The position numbers and the translations under genes were made by a program. A stretch of 64,000 nucleotides of DNA. Origin: Hemiscyllium ocellatum (Eukaryota). Below, piece after piece: positions 1 through 9,869 of this stretch (its first letter is position 1; each line of letters opens with the position of its first letter). Under the pieces are notes generated by a model. That model saw nothing but the letters and a program-made list of their open reading frames with translations. It had not been told where the DNA came from and ran no database searches. The DNA lies in NCBI RefSeq assembly GCF_020745735.1, contig NW_026867476.1:124001-188000 (forward strand). Reading direction: 5' to 3'.

Positions 1-164
1 GATCTTTCCACCTCAGCAGAACGTGCTGAGTTTCTCCAGCAATTTCTGACTTTATTTCAGACCATCGACTTCTGCAGCAGCTCATCGCTTCTGTTCTGCT
101 GCCTACCCCAGCCTCCATTTTGTTTCTCCGCTCCCAGCCTTGGGCTGTGGGGGGGAGATTGTAC

Positions 165-310
165 AGCAGTTGTGCAGTTGAGCATCGCTGCCTCAGAGTG
201 CTAGGGATCCAGGGTTTGCTTCCACCATTAGTGTATTGCGTCTGTGCAGGGGTTTGCACGGTCTCCCAGCAACCCCACCCCAGCGTCGGCTCCAGTTCCC
301 CGCCACAATC
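165..310 (+). mobile_element. HE1/V-SINE-type SINE head (decayed), leading into an internal tandem array
   Basis: Decayed A-box/B-box-like segments (cagttggagcatcgctgcctca ... gggtttgcttcc), then a V-domain-like gtttgcacggtctccc...ccacaatcca; collinear with the SINEs at 13052 and 58605. Confidence 0.6.
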
Positions 311-673
311 CAGGGGATGTGCAGGCGAGGGTGGGTTGGCTGTGCTAACTTGTCCAGGGGATGTGCGGGTGAGGGTGGGTTGGCCGTGCTAAATTGTCCA
401 GGGAATGTGCAGGCGAGGGTGGGTTGGCCGTGCTAACTTGTCCAGGGGATGTGCAGGTGAGAGTGGGTTGGCCCTGCTAAATTGTCCAGGGAATGTGCAG
501 GTGAGGGTGGGTTGGCCGTGCTAAATTGTCCAGGGGATGTGCGGGTGAGGGTGGGTTGGCCGTGCTAAATTGTCCAGGGGATGTGCGGGTGAGAGTGGGT
601 TGGCCGTGCTAAATTGTCCAGGGGATGCGCGGGTGAGGGTGGGTTCGCCATGCTAAATTGTCCAGGGGATGTT
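311..673 (+). repeat. 44-bp tandem repeat (~8 copies) derived from the SINE internal segment
   Basis: Unit caggggatgtgcaggtgagggtgggttggccgtgctaaattgtc; period 311->355 = 44; a partial unit resumes at 1221-1250. Confidence 0.95.
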
Positions 674-1220
674 GTGGTTCTGTTCACCAAGCTGGGAGTT
701 TTTGTTGCAAATGTTTCGTCCCCTTTCTAGGTGACATCCTCAGTGCTTGGGAGCCTCCTGTGAAGCGCTTCTGTGCTGTTTCCACCGGCATTTGTAGTGG
801 TTTGTCTCTGCCACTTCCGGTTGTCAGTTGCTGTCCGCCGCAGTGGCCGGTATATTGGGTCTAGGTCGATGTGTTTGTTGATAGAGTCTGTGGATGAGTG
901 CCATGCCTCTAGGAATTCCCTGGCTGTTCTGTTGGCTTGCCCTATAATGGTAGTGTTGTCCCAGTCGAATTCATGTTGTTTGTCATCTGAGTGCGTGGCT
1001 ACTAAGAAGAGCTGGTCGTGTCCTTTTGTGGCTAGTTGGTGTTCATGGATGCGGGTCGTTAGCTGTCTTCCTGTTTGTCCTATGTGGTGTTTTGTGCAGT
1101 CCTTGCATGGGATTTTGTACACAACGTTGATTTTGCTCATGCAGGGTATCGGGTCCTTTGTCCTGGTGAGTTGTTGTCTGAGAGTGGCTGTTGGTTTGTG
1201 TGCTGTTATGAGTCCTAGTG
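674..1220 (-). mobile_element. Penelope-like element 3' fragment (GIY-YIG endonuclease plus 3' end)
   Basis: ORF 727..1140: NVVYKIPCKDC..HIGQTGRQL..RIHEH..HEFDWDNTTII..REFLEAWH, a PLE GIY-YIG signature. Confidence 0.88.
707..746 (-). ncRNA. Minimal hammerhead ribozyme motif at the PLE 3' end (core intact, stem III palindrome broken)
   Basis: Minus strand GCA-CUGAGGA-U-GUCACC-UAGAAA-GGGGAC-GAAA-CA-UU-UGC: stem I GCA/UGC, stem II GUC/GAC, CUGANGA and GAAA present. Confidence 0.6.
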
Positions 1221-1259
1221 GTCCAGGGGATGTGCAGGTGAGGGTGGGTCAGCCACAGG

Positions 1260-1890
1260 GGGAGCAGGAGACAGCAAAGACCGCAGATGGTGGAAGTCAG
1301 AGTCAGTAGATGTGAGGCTGGAAGAGCGCAGCAGGTCAGACAGCATCCGAGGGGCAGGGGAGTCAACGTTTCGGGCTGAAACCCTTCACCAGGAATGGGG
1401 AGCCCCGAAGCAAATTGAAGGAGGGACGGAGGAGTGGGGCTGGGGGATGGGGAGGTGAGATGGTGACAGGTGGATGGAGGTTATTACGATTGGTCGGTGG
1501 GAAGGGTGGAGCGCAGAGGTGGGTGGGAAGGTGGACAGGTTAGAACAGGTCAGGGAAGCGAGGAGGAGGAGGAGGGGCCTCGACACAGGAACAGGTTGGG
1601 AGGGGGAAGCATGAGGCTGGCAAAGTCAATGTTGAGGCCGTTAGGCTGTGAACTCTCCAAGGTAACGCGTGAGGAGTCGCTCCTCCAGTGTCTGCCTGGC
1701 CTCACTGTGATAGTGGAGGGGGCACGGGGAGGGGAGGTGGGGGGGAGGGTCTTTAATGTAGATGGCAATCGCAAGGTCGGGTTGCTTGCCCTCATCCTGT
1801 GAATGAATAACAAAGCAGAATGGAAAACACATTCCTTGAAGGTAGAGTAGCAGGTGGACGGTTTGGTGTAGAAGGAACTTGGCATGCTTG
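1260..1890 (-). mobile_element. Second Penelope-like 3' fragment (endonuclease C-terminus, G-rich/pyrimidine-rich 3' UTR, HHR-like terminal repeat)
   Basis: Frameshifted RQTLEERLL..LGE / QPNGLNIDF (typical PLE EN C-terminus); CTGGTGAAGGGTTTCAGCCCGAAACGTT at 1392-1364. Confidence 0.7.
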
Positions 1891-1908
1891 CCTTGACTGG
1901 CCATAGAG

Positions 1909-2485
1909 TCACAGGGACGTACAGCACAGAAACTTGTCCATGCCAACCAGATATCCCGAACCTATTCTAATCCCATTTGCCAGCACTTGGCCCATATCCC
2001 TCCAAACCCTTCCTACCCATGTCCCCATCCAGATGTCTACGAAATGCTATAATTGCACCAGCCTCCACCACTTCCTCTGGCAGCTCGATCCATACACTTA
2101 CCACCCTCTGCATGGAAAGGTTGCTCCTTAGGTCTATTTTATATCTTTCCCCTCTCACCCTAAACCTACACCCCCTCCAGTGCTGGACTCCCACACCCCA
2201 GGGAAAAGACCTTGTCTATTTGCCCTCTCCATGTCCCCTCATGACTTTGTAAACCACTATAAGGTCACCCCTCAGCCTCCGACACACCAGGGGAAACAGC
2301 CCCAGCCTGTTCAGCCTCTCTGTAAAGGTCACCCCTCAGCCTCTGACGCTCCAGGGAAAACAGCCCCAGCCTGTTCAGCCTCTTCCTGTAGCTCAAACCC
2401 TCCAACATCCTCGTAAATCTTTCCTGAACCCTTTCAAATTTCGCGACATCTTTCCGATCGGAAGGAGACCAGAACTGCACGCAGT
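1909..2485 (-). mobile_element. CR1/HER1-type LINE 3' fragment with a small internal tandem duplication
   Basis: QFWSP..RKDV..ERVQERFTRMLEGLSYRKRLNRLGLFSLERQRLRGDL; CR1 3' UTR; ~60-bp duplication at 2260-2380. Confidence 0.9.
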
Positions 2486-2589
2486 AATCTCTCTTCAGAG
2501 AAGAAGATCCTCCTCACGAATAGGAAGGTTTCAGAGGGATATGGGCCTAGAGCTAAAGTAGGTTAGGGATGTCTGGGGTTGAAAAATAT

Positions 2590-3090
2590 GGTGCTAGAAA
2601 AACACAGCCCAGGCCAGACAGCATCCGAGGAGCAGCAGAATCGACGTTTCAGGCAAAAGCCCTGAAGGGATTTTGCCTGGAACGTCGATTCTCCTGCTCC
2701 TCGGACGCTGCCCGGCCTGGGCTGTGTTTTTCCAGCACCACACTGAGGAAGGGCTTTTGCCCGGTACATCAATTCTCCTGCTCCTCGGACGTTGCCTGGC
2801 CTGGGCTGTGTTTTTCCAGCACCGCTCTGAGGAAGGGCTTTTGCCCGGAACGTCGGTTCTCCTGCACCTCGGACGCTGCCTGGCCTGGGCTGCGTTTTTC
2901 CAGGGCCACGTTGAAGAGGGGCTTATGCCCAGAACGTCGATTCTCCTGCTCCTCGGACGCTGCCCAGCCTGGGTTGTATTTTTCCAGGGCCACGTTGAAG
3001 AGGGGCTTATGCCCGGAACGTCGATTCTCCTGCACCTCGGACGCTGCCTAGCCTGGCCTGGCCTGGGCTGTGTTTTTCCAGCGCCACGTT
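2590..3090. repeat. Fold-back (about 73-bp arms, centre ~2664) followed by an 84-bp tandem array of hammerhead-like units
   Basis: Inverted arms 2590-2662 / 2667-2740; (C/T)TGA(G/A)GA cores at 2743, 2827, 2911, 2995, exactly 84 bp apart. Confidence 0.9.
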
Positions 3091-3239
3091 TTTCTTTTCA
3101 ACACGGCTCTCCAGCATCTTGCAGCGCTCACTTTCTCCTTTGGGACATCAGGGCTAGCATGGAGGAGTCGGGCCGAAAGGTCTGTCCCTGTGCTGCACAC
3201 ATCTCTCTCTCTCTGACCCTCTGGGTCTGCATTGTTACC

Positions 3240-3760
3240 TCACCTTGGGTCACGTGGGGGTGTGGGGGGGATGGAGGGTCACGTGGGGGTGGCAGAACGG
3301 TGGCTCCGCCCCCTTACGTCCCCGGGGCGGGACGCGCATGCGCACAGCGACTCCTCTCCCCGACGACGACGCCAGGCCGAAACAAGATGGCGGCCACTGC
3401 CCCCCCCCCTCGCGGCCGGACCGTTGCGGCGGAAATTTAAAACCGCCCGCGGCCTACCACCCCCCGGCGCCTCCCTGTGGGGCTCCGCACCGTCTACTCG
3501 CCAATCCTCGCCGCTTCTTGCCCTCCCCCCCGCCGGCTGCCCGCGTCTTACCGAACGGCGTCTCAGCCGACGTCGACGCCACCGCTGGGAGGCCCGTCTG
3601 GCCTTGCGCATGCGCACCGCTCCTGCCCGAGTCTGGCCCTGCGCATGCGCACCGTTCCTGTTCCCCCCGTCCGGCCTTGCGCGTGCGCACCGCGCCCCCG
3701 CTCCAGCGGATAGAGGACTTTCAGCCGCGCGGGGCATTCTGGGTGGCGGGCGGTGTCTGA
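3240..3760 (+). promoter_or_regulatory. CpG-island, TATA-less promoter
   Basis: Very CpG-rich; two GTCACGTGG E-boxes, GC-boxes (3303-3331), NRF1-type GCGCATGCGC at 3333-3344, 3605-3616, 3640-3651 and 3678-3689 (variant), YY1-type CAAGATGGCGGC at 3383-3394. Confidence 0.8.
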
Positions 3761-3764
3761 ATCG

Positions 3765-3987
3765 AGTCCCTGCGGCTTCGGCCCGACCAGTCCCTCCGAA
3801 GCACAATACAGACCCAGACCCATTTCCCCTCTGACTACAGCACCCGACACGACGGGCAATTTAGCCTGAGAGGAAGGAAACCGGAGGAAGCCCACGCAGA
3901 CGGGGTGGGAGAACGGTGAGGCCAGAATCGGACCTGGGACCCTTGGTGCTGTGAGGGCAGCAGTGCCAACCACTGAGCCACCGTGGC
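3765..3987 (-). mobile_element. HE1-type SINE, internally deleted
   Basis: LINE-like tail (cttcggcccgacc), gggcaatttagc, ggaaaccggagg..cccacgcagac, head gcagcagtgccaaccactgagccaccgtg. Confidence 0.8.
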
Positions 3988-4249
3988 GTCTGCGGTCAGA
4001 AGTCAACGTTTCCAGACAGGTGACTTCACCAACATCGGCAGTCCTCACTATCTCCCAGTCAATTCAGAGACCGAGGTAATGTTCTGCGGACCCGGGTTCA
4101 AAGCCCCCCCATTACATGTCTAATGGGGAGTGTAAATCCATCATTGACTGTCAGGCAAAACCACCTTTGCCTGGTGTAGGGTGCAGCCAATGGCTCAGTG
4201 GTGCTGTCATCATCTGGAGGTGTGCCGGTGTTGGACTGGGGTGGACAGA

Positions 4250-4400
4250 GTTATAAAATCACATGATGCCAGGCCGTAGTCCAATAGGTTTATTTGGATG
4301 CGCTACGCACAACCACCTGATGAAGGAGAAGTGTTCTGAAAGCTAGTGCTTCCAAATAAACGTGTCGGACCTTAACCTGGTGGTGTGTGATTTTTAACGT
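4250..4400. mobile_element. Short fold-back non-autonomous element (probably PLE-derived)
   Basis: About 55-bp degenerate inverted arms (aaaatcacatgatgccagg..gtttatttggatgcgcta / tagtgcttccaaataaac..cctggtggtgtgtgattttt) around a hammerhead motif. Confidence 0.75.
4314..4348 (+). ncRNA. Minimal type-I hammerhead ribozyme motif, all core bases intact
   Basis: CAC-CUGAUGA-A-GGAG-AAGUG-UUCU-GAAA-GC-UA-GUG; stem I CAC/GUG, stem II with G-U pairs, palindromic AGCU in place of stem III, predicted cleavage after A4345. Confidence 0.68.
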
Positions 4401-4403
4401 TAT

Positions 4404-4695
4404 CATCATAGAATCCCTACAGCGTAGCAACAGGTCATTAGGCCCAACAAATCCACACAGACACTAGTATCCCACCCAGACACATTCCCCTTCCCCATCA
4501 CTTTGCAGTTCCCCTGAATAATGCACCTAACCTGAGCAATTTAGCACTGCCACATCACATAATGTGCACATAATCTTTGGACAGTGCAAGAAAACCAAAG
4601 CAAATCTACACAGACACTCACCCAAGGCTGGAATTGAACCCAGGTCCCTGGCATTGTAAGGCAGTGGTGCTAACTGCTGAGCCACCGTGCTGCCC
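4404..4695 (-). mobile_element. HE1-type SINE
   Basis: Tail catagaatccctacag; B-box (plus strand ggaattgaaccc); A-box region gtgctaactgctgagccaccgtg. Confidence 0.85.
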
Positions 4696-4739
4696 ATATC
4701 ACTGGATTGTTAATCCAGACTCAATCAAGTGTGGTGCTG

Positions 4740-4915
4740 CTAAACGCACACTGAGTCAGGCCGCATCTGAGTTCACATTTCAGGCTTGTGCCCCTTCATC
4801 AGGGCCCTGAAATGTCTTCTTTCTTGCTCGTCAAAAGCTGCCTGAGCTGCTGTGCTTTTTCCAGTGCCACACTTTATCGATTCTGACTTCTCCAGCATCA
4901 GCAGTCCTCACTATC
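4740..4915. mobile_element. Head-to-head fold-back element with decayed hammerhead motifs
   Basis: Minus strand CTGATGAAGGGGCACAAGCCTGAAATGTG (~4803-4775); plus strand ccctgaaatgtc and tail gctgcctgagctgctgtgc..ctccagcatc. Confidence 0.65.
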
Positions 4916-4924
4916 TCCCAGTTA

Positions 4925-5198
4925 ATTCAGAGACCAAGGTAATGTTCTGGGGACCCGGGTTTGAAGCCCCCCCCCCCCCCCATTACACTCTAATGGGGAG
5001 TGTAAATCCATTATTGACTGTCAGGTTAAACCCATTGGGTTCACTCATATCCTTCAAGGAAGGAAACTGCCATCGATACTTGGTCTGGCCCACATGTGAC
5101 TGCAGACCCACAGCAATGTGATTGACTCTTAACAATTAGGGATGGGCAATAAATGCTTGCCTAGCCAGTAATGCTCTCACCTTGTGAATGACTAAAAA
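4925..5198 (+). mobile_element. SacSINE1/Deu-SINE-like SINE
   Basis: gtaatgttctggggacccgggtttgaa head; cccatt..ttcact..aaggaaggaaactgcc..tggtctggcccacatgtgactgcagacccacagcaatgtg; 3' caattagggatgggcaataaatgc..aaaaaa. Confidence 0.55.
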
Positions 5199-5359
5199 AC
5201 AGGCTTGAAATCAAGTTCCTTGAAGATGGAGTCGAAGGCAGGGTGGTGATGAAGGCATTTGGCATGTTTGCCTTCATTGGTCATTGCACTGAGTAGAGGA
5301 CCTCATGTTGCTGCTGCACAGATACGTTGGTGAGGCCACTTTTAGAAAACAGTGCACAA

Positions 5360-5585
5360 TTCAGAGGGAGTGGACGAGGGAACGGGAATGAGTGGAGTAG
5401 GGAGAGTCCCTCACAGCGGGGATGATCAAAGAAATGGGAATGAGTCAAAGGCGAAGAGTGTCTCACAGGACAGCGATGGCAAGGGATGGGAAATTCGTGA
5501 GAGATGGAGAAACATCCACGCTGCAGGAATGACAAGGGAATGGGAATTCGTGGAGAATGGAGAGTCCCTCACACAGCAGCAACTA
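5360..5585. repeat. Old purine-rich minisatellite, ~4 degenerate ~53-bp units
   Basis: Recurring aggga(a/t)gggaat..gagagtccctcaca. Confidence 0.5.
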
Positions 5586-5611
5586 TGAAGAAATCTGTCG
5601 CGACCACACTC

Positions 5612-6055
5612 TCATCTGAGAGTCACAGAGATGTACAACATGGGAACATGTCCAACTTGTCCATGCCAACCACAAATCCTAAATTACACTAGTCCCAGTT
5701 GTCAACATTTGGCACATAAACCTCCAAACCCTTCCTATTCACGTACCCATCCAGATGCCGTCTAAATGTTGCAATTATACCATCGTCCACCACTTCCTCT
5801 GGCAGCTCATTCCATACATGCACCACCCTCTACCTGAAAGAGTTGCCCCTTAGGTCTCTTTTATATCTTTTCCCTAAACCTATGCCCTCTAGTTTTAGAC
5901 TCCCTCATCCCGGGGAAAAGACCTAGTCTACTCAGCCTATCCAAGCCCCTCATGATTTTATAAACTTCTATAGGGTCACCCCCTCAAACTCCAGGGAAAA
6001 TAGCCCCAGCCCTTGTAAATCTTTTCTGAGCCCTTTCACGTTTCACAACATCTTG
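5612..6055 (-). mobile_element. CR1/HER1 LINE 3' fragment
   Basis: Typical CR1 3' UTR and RT C-terminal remnant. Confidence 0.85.
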
Positions 6056-6344
6056 CCTAAAATTACCACCCACATCCTCTCTCGTACACCCACTTCAGAA
6101 GAAACTAACATGTGTTTGTGATATTAAATAAAAAAAGTCATGCCACACCGTGTTTAACACAAAGTTGATTTATTTATCCTTTAACCTGAATACTAGCATC
6201 GACTATTAGGGTGGAGCCTTTTATCAGGTTTCTGCCCGGAACATCGATTTTCCTGCTCCTCGGATGCTGCCTGAACTGCTGTGCTTTTCCAGCGCCTACT
6301 CTAATCTCGACTCCCTACATCTGCAATACGCAATTCTGCTGAAA

Positions 6345-6485
6345 AGGCTGGAGTTCCTTCACGTCAACAGAAATAGTTGCTGTTGAACAAAGTTCAATCC
6401 TGGATCCGATGAACAGGAATTCCAGAAATCGCGTGTGAACTCGATGGTGTGTCAGCAGGGGTAGGTCGCTGAATGAATCCTTTCA
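6345..6485 (-). pseudogene. C2H2 zinc-finger gene 3' remnant (one degenerate finger plus 3' UTR-like sequence)
   Basis: Minus strand aaaggattcattcag..ctgctgacacaccatcgagttcacac (KGF.Q..LLTHHRVHT with frameshift); truncated by the CR1 at 6485. Confidence 0.55.
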
Positions 6486-6880
6486 CAGGGTGGTGAAGAA
6501 GGTGTTTGGCTGCTTGGCTTCATTGGTCAGAGCATTGAGTTGGGAGGTCATGTTGCAGCTGCACAGGACATTGGTGAGACTACTCCTAGTACATTTCAAC
6601 TCACCTTTCTATCAGGCGACTATAAGTTGTTAAACTTGAGAGGCTACAGAAAAGATTTACAAGGACCTCCTGGGACTGGAGGGTTTGAGCTATAGGGAGA
6701 GGCTGAATAGGCTGTGGATTTTTTTCCCCTGGAGTGTCAGAGGCGGAGGAGTGACGTTATAGGGGTCTTTAAAATCATGAGGGGGCATGGATAGGGTGAA
6801 CAGACAAGGTCTTTTCCCTGGGGTGGGGGAGTCCAGAACTAGAAGGTATGTGTTAAGGGTGAAAGGGGAAAAAATTTAAA
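6485..6880 (+). mobile_element. CR1/HER1 LINE fragment
   Basis: ggtcagagcattgagt..gggaggtcatgttgcagctg..ggagggtttgagctatagggagaggctgaatagg. Confidence 0.85.
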
Positions 6881-6971
6881 GAGGATCTGTCACTCATTGT
6901 CACTCATATTTTAGCAGATCATAAGACAAGATGAGCTTTTCTGTGTGTTTGGTTTAATTAGCAGAATTAAC

Positions 6972-7445
6972 ACAGCATAGAAACAGACCCTTTGGTCCAA
7001 CATCCAATTGGTATGCCTAACCTCATGTCCCGATCTGACCCCCCCAGTCACATTTGCCAATACTTGGTCCATATCCCTCCAAACCCTTTGTATTCATATA
7101 ACCACCCAGATGCCTTTTAAATGCTGTAATTCGACCAAACTCCTCCACTTTCTCTGGCAGCTCATTCCATACACACACCACCCTCTCATTTAAGAAGTGA
7201 CCCCTCAGATCCTCTTTAAATTTTTTTTCCCCTTTCACTCTTAACATAGGCCCCTCTAGTTCTGGACTCTCTAACCCCAGAGAAAAGACCATGGCTATTT
7301 ACCCGATCCGTGCCCCTCAAAATTTTATAAACCTCTATAAGGTCACCCCTCAGCCTCCGACGCTCCAGGGAAAACAGCCCCAGCCTGTTCAGCCTCTCCC
7401 CGAGAGCTCAAATCCTCCAACCCTGGCAACATCCTTGTAAATCTT
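6972..7445 (-). mobile_element. CR1/HER1 LINE 3' fragment
   Basis: ORF 7023..7292 RVKGEKKFKEDLRGHF..RVVCVWNELPE..FKRHLGGYMN; CR1 tail. Confidence 0.88.
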
Positions 7446-7554
7446 TAAACAAATTATCTATCTGGCACTCTATAAAGACATGATGATCGATAAAGCCCCT
7501 ATTAAATTTATATCAAGTCAATTTTCAAAACCACTTGGCATCTTTGGGTGTTGA

Positions 7555-7835
7555 GCTTCTCTCTTTGTAGATTCCCCTGGGTCACCTTCAGTCTTCTGCT
7601 GCATAGATGTTTCCAGCAACATCCTGGTAAATCTCTTCCGAACCCTCTCCAACTTAATAATATCCTTGCTATAACAGGGAGACCAGAACTAGATGGAGTA
7701 CCTCGGAAGAGGTCTCACCAACGTCCAGTATGAACTCAACATGACATCCCCAACTCTAATACTCAAAGGTCTGAGGAATGAAGGTGAGCGTGCTAAACGC
7801 CTTCTTAATCACTCTGTCGACCTGTGATGCAAATT
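7555..7835 (-). mobile_element. CR1 LINE internal fragment
   Basis: Reverse complement of the RT C-terminal region (..YSI*FWSPCYSKDII..). Confidence 0.7.
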
Positions 7836-7949
7836 TCAAAGAATTATTGTTAATTGTTAAAGTTAACAGAAACAAATCTCACATTGTCAGCTTCTTAATG
7901 CTGGGCACGATTAAGCGAAGCCATAGACAGCAGGATCCAACCCCTGCAG

Positions 7950-8345
7950 TCACTTGCTGGTGTCTGTGGAGGCAGTTTGACTGAGTGAATTCCTTCCCCC
8001 ACACACAGCAAGTAAATGGCCTCTCCTCGGTGCGCTGGTGCTTCAGCAAGTTGGACGACTTTGCAAATCCTTTTCCACACTCGCAGCAAGCGAACAGTCT
8101 CGCCCCAGTGTGAACTCGCATGTGTCTCAGCAGAATAGAGGACTGAGTGGATCATTTCCCACACTTGGAGCAAGTGAATGGTCCATCCCCAGTGTGAATC
8201 CCGCATATATCGCAGATCAAAGGACTGAGTGAATCCTTTCCCATACTTGGAGCAAGTCAGTGGTCTCTTCCCAGTGTGAACTTGCAATGTCTCAGCAGGT
8301 CAGAGGACTGAGTGAATCCATTCCCACACTCGGAGGAGGTGATTA
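7950..8345 (-). pseudogene. C2H2 zinc-finger pseudogene (~5 degenerate fingers)
   Basis: HTGKRPLTCSKYGKGFTQS / HTGARLFACCECGKGFAKSSNLLKHQR across ORFs 7879..8121 and 7895..8287; frameshifts and lost Cys/His ligands. Confidence 0.88.
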
Positions 8346-9544
8346 GCCTCTCCTGCAATGTTAGGCTGATCAAAATTAGTACAAGGGATGTGCACTTTAA
8401 GATGAAGCAAATTTCTTAGCTTAATCTACTTATTTTGTGTTAGTGACATATACAAACTAATGAGTCTAACTGTTAGCTTAAACTACATAATATACATGGA
8501 TATACATACAAGCAAGTGAGTCTCACACTGCCTTCAATGTATTAGGTCTGTGGTGACGGTAGCACTCAAAGATTTATCTCAGATTCCATACAGTGAGTCC
8601 CAGCCTATTGGTGAAATGTCGAATGCGAGGGGTTGAATAGAATGCTCTAGACAGCTGTCATGGAATCAATGAGCAGAATGACATGGTCCACGTCATTGAT
8701 GATTAAACGAATTAGCTTTGCAAAGATTGGGTCCCAGCTCCTGAGGCTGTCATGGATTCCCTGACCAACGTCTCACAGCTTTGCCCCCAGTTTAAATGAC
8801 TCAGAAGTGTTCAGGAGGCATGTTCAATCGATGCATTCACAAAGTGAATAATATGCAGAAAGGCTGGCGGTGCACTGTTTAATGGAGACACTAATTTACT
8901 TCAGCAAATCACATGTATACTCAAACCTCTTCAGTGCCACATTATGGCCGGAGGTATATGCATCGATAACCTTAATCAAGGGAGATTTGAAGCATCTGAG
9001 ATGGTTTTATTCTGGTAAATGTATTATATAAATGCACTCTGATGATGTTGTCGAAGAGAATTGGGAACTCAGTCGTACTAGGGTGAAGGTGATTTTTGAA
9101 AAATGGTTTCCTTTTTAAAATTTGATTTGACTTATTATTGTCACATGTACCCAGGTGCAAAGAAAAGTTGTGTTTTGTGTGCACTACAGACAGATCGAAA
9201 GTGTATTAGAACAGAGCGAGGAACACAGCGCAACGGTTGCAGAGGAGGTGCACAATGTATTCAGCAGGCCTGTAATCTGGAATGAAAATGTGCAGATACT
9301 TCACGATTTTAAGAGGGTCTACACAGCTTCCCCAACCACTAACTTTGAAAGTTCAAAGGACTTGATGTCAGGCTTGTAGATTTTAACATGATGAATGTGG
9401 ACAGTGATTCATCCATTCATCCGCTGAGGCACTATGAGATCACATCTGATTGTCAGGGTTGGATTCTGCTGCGGAATGGGGGGGGGAGCTCGCAATCCTC
9501 CATCCATTCCTACCCCCCTTCCTTCTGGGGAGTCCGTGACCATG

Positions 9545-9865
9545 GAACACGTACGAGTATGTAACTCAGCCCCTCAAGCCTTCTGTACCAACTTATGGCT
9601 GATCTCATCTCGACCTCAACTCCAGTTTCCTTCCTGCTTACCAAAGCCCTATAACATTACTAATTAAAAACCTGTCTACGTCCTCCCTAAATACATCCGG
9701 CATCGACTGAACTATGGGAATGTGATTTCTGACTCTTTGAGAGAACTCATTTCTCCTCAACCTTTTCCTCCTCAATTCTAAAACCATGACCTCTCATTCT
9801 AGATAGCCCCGCGTAAGGAAACATCCGTTCTACATCTATTTTGTCAAACACCTTTAGTATCATAT
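9545..9865 (-). mobile_element. CR1-type LINE 3' fragment (distinct subfamily)
   Basis: KVFDKIDVERMFP..SRMRGHGFRI; CR1-like tail. Confidence 0.75.
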
Positions 9866-9869
9866 TTAG

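Noticed and set aside
3279-4048. Coding ORFs over the CpG island
   Set aside because: They are low-complexity Arg/Ala/Pro frames typical of GC-rich promoters, with no domain signal.
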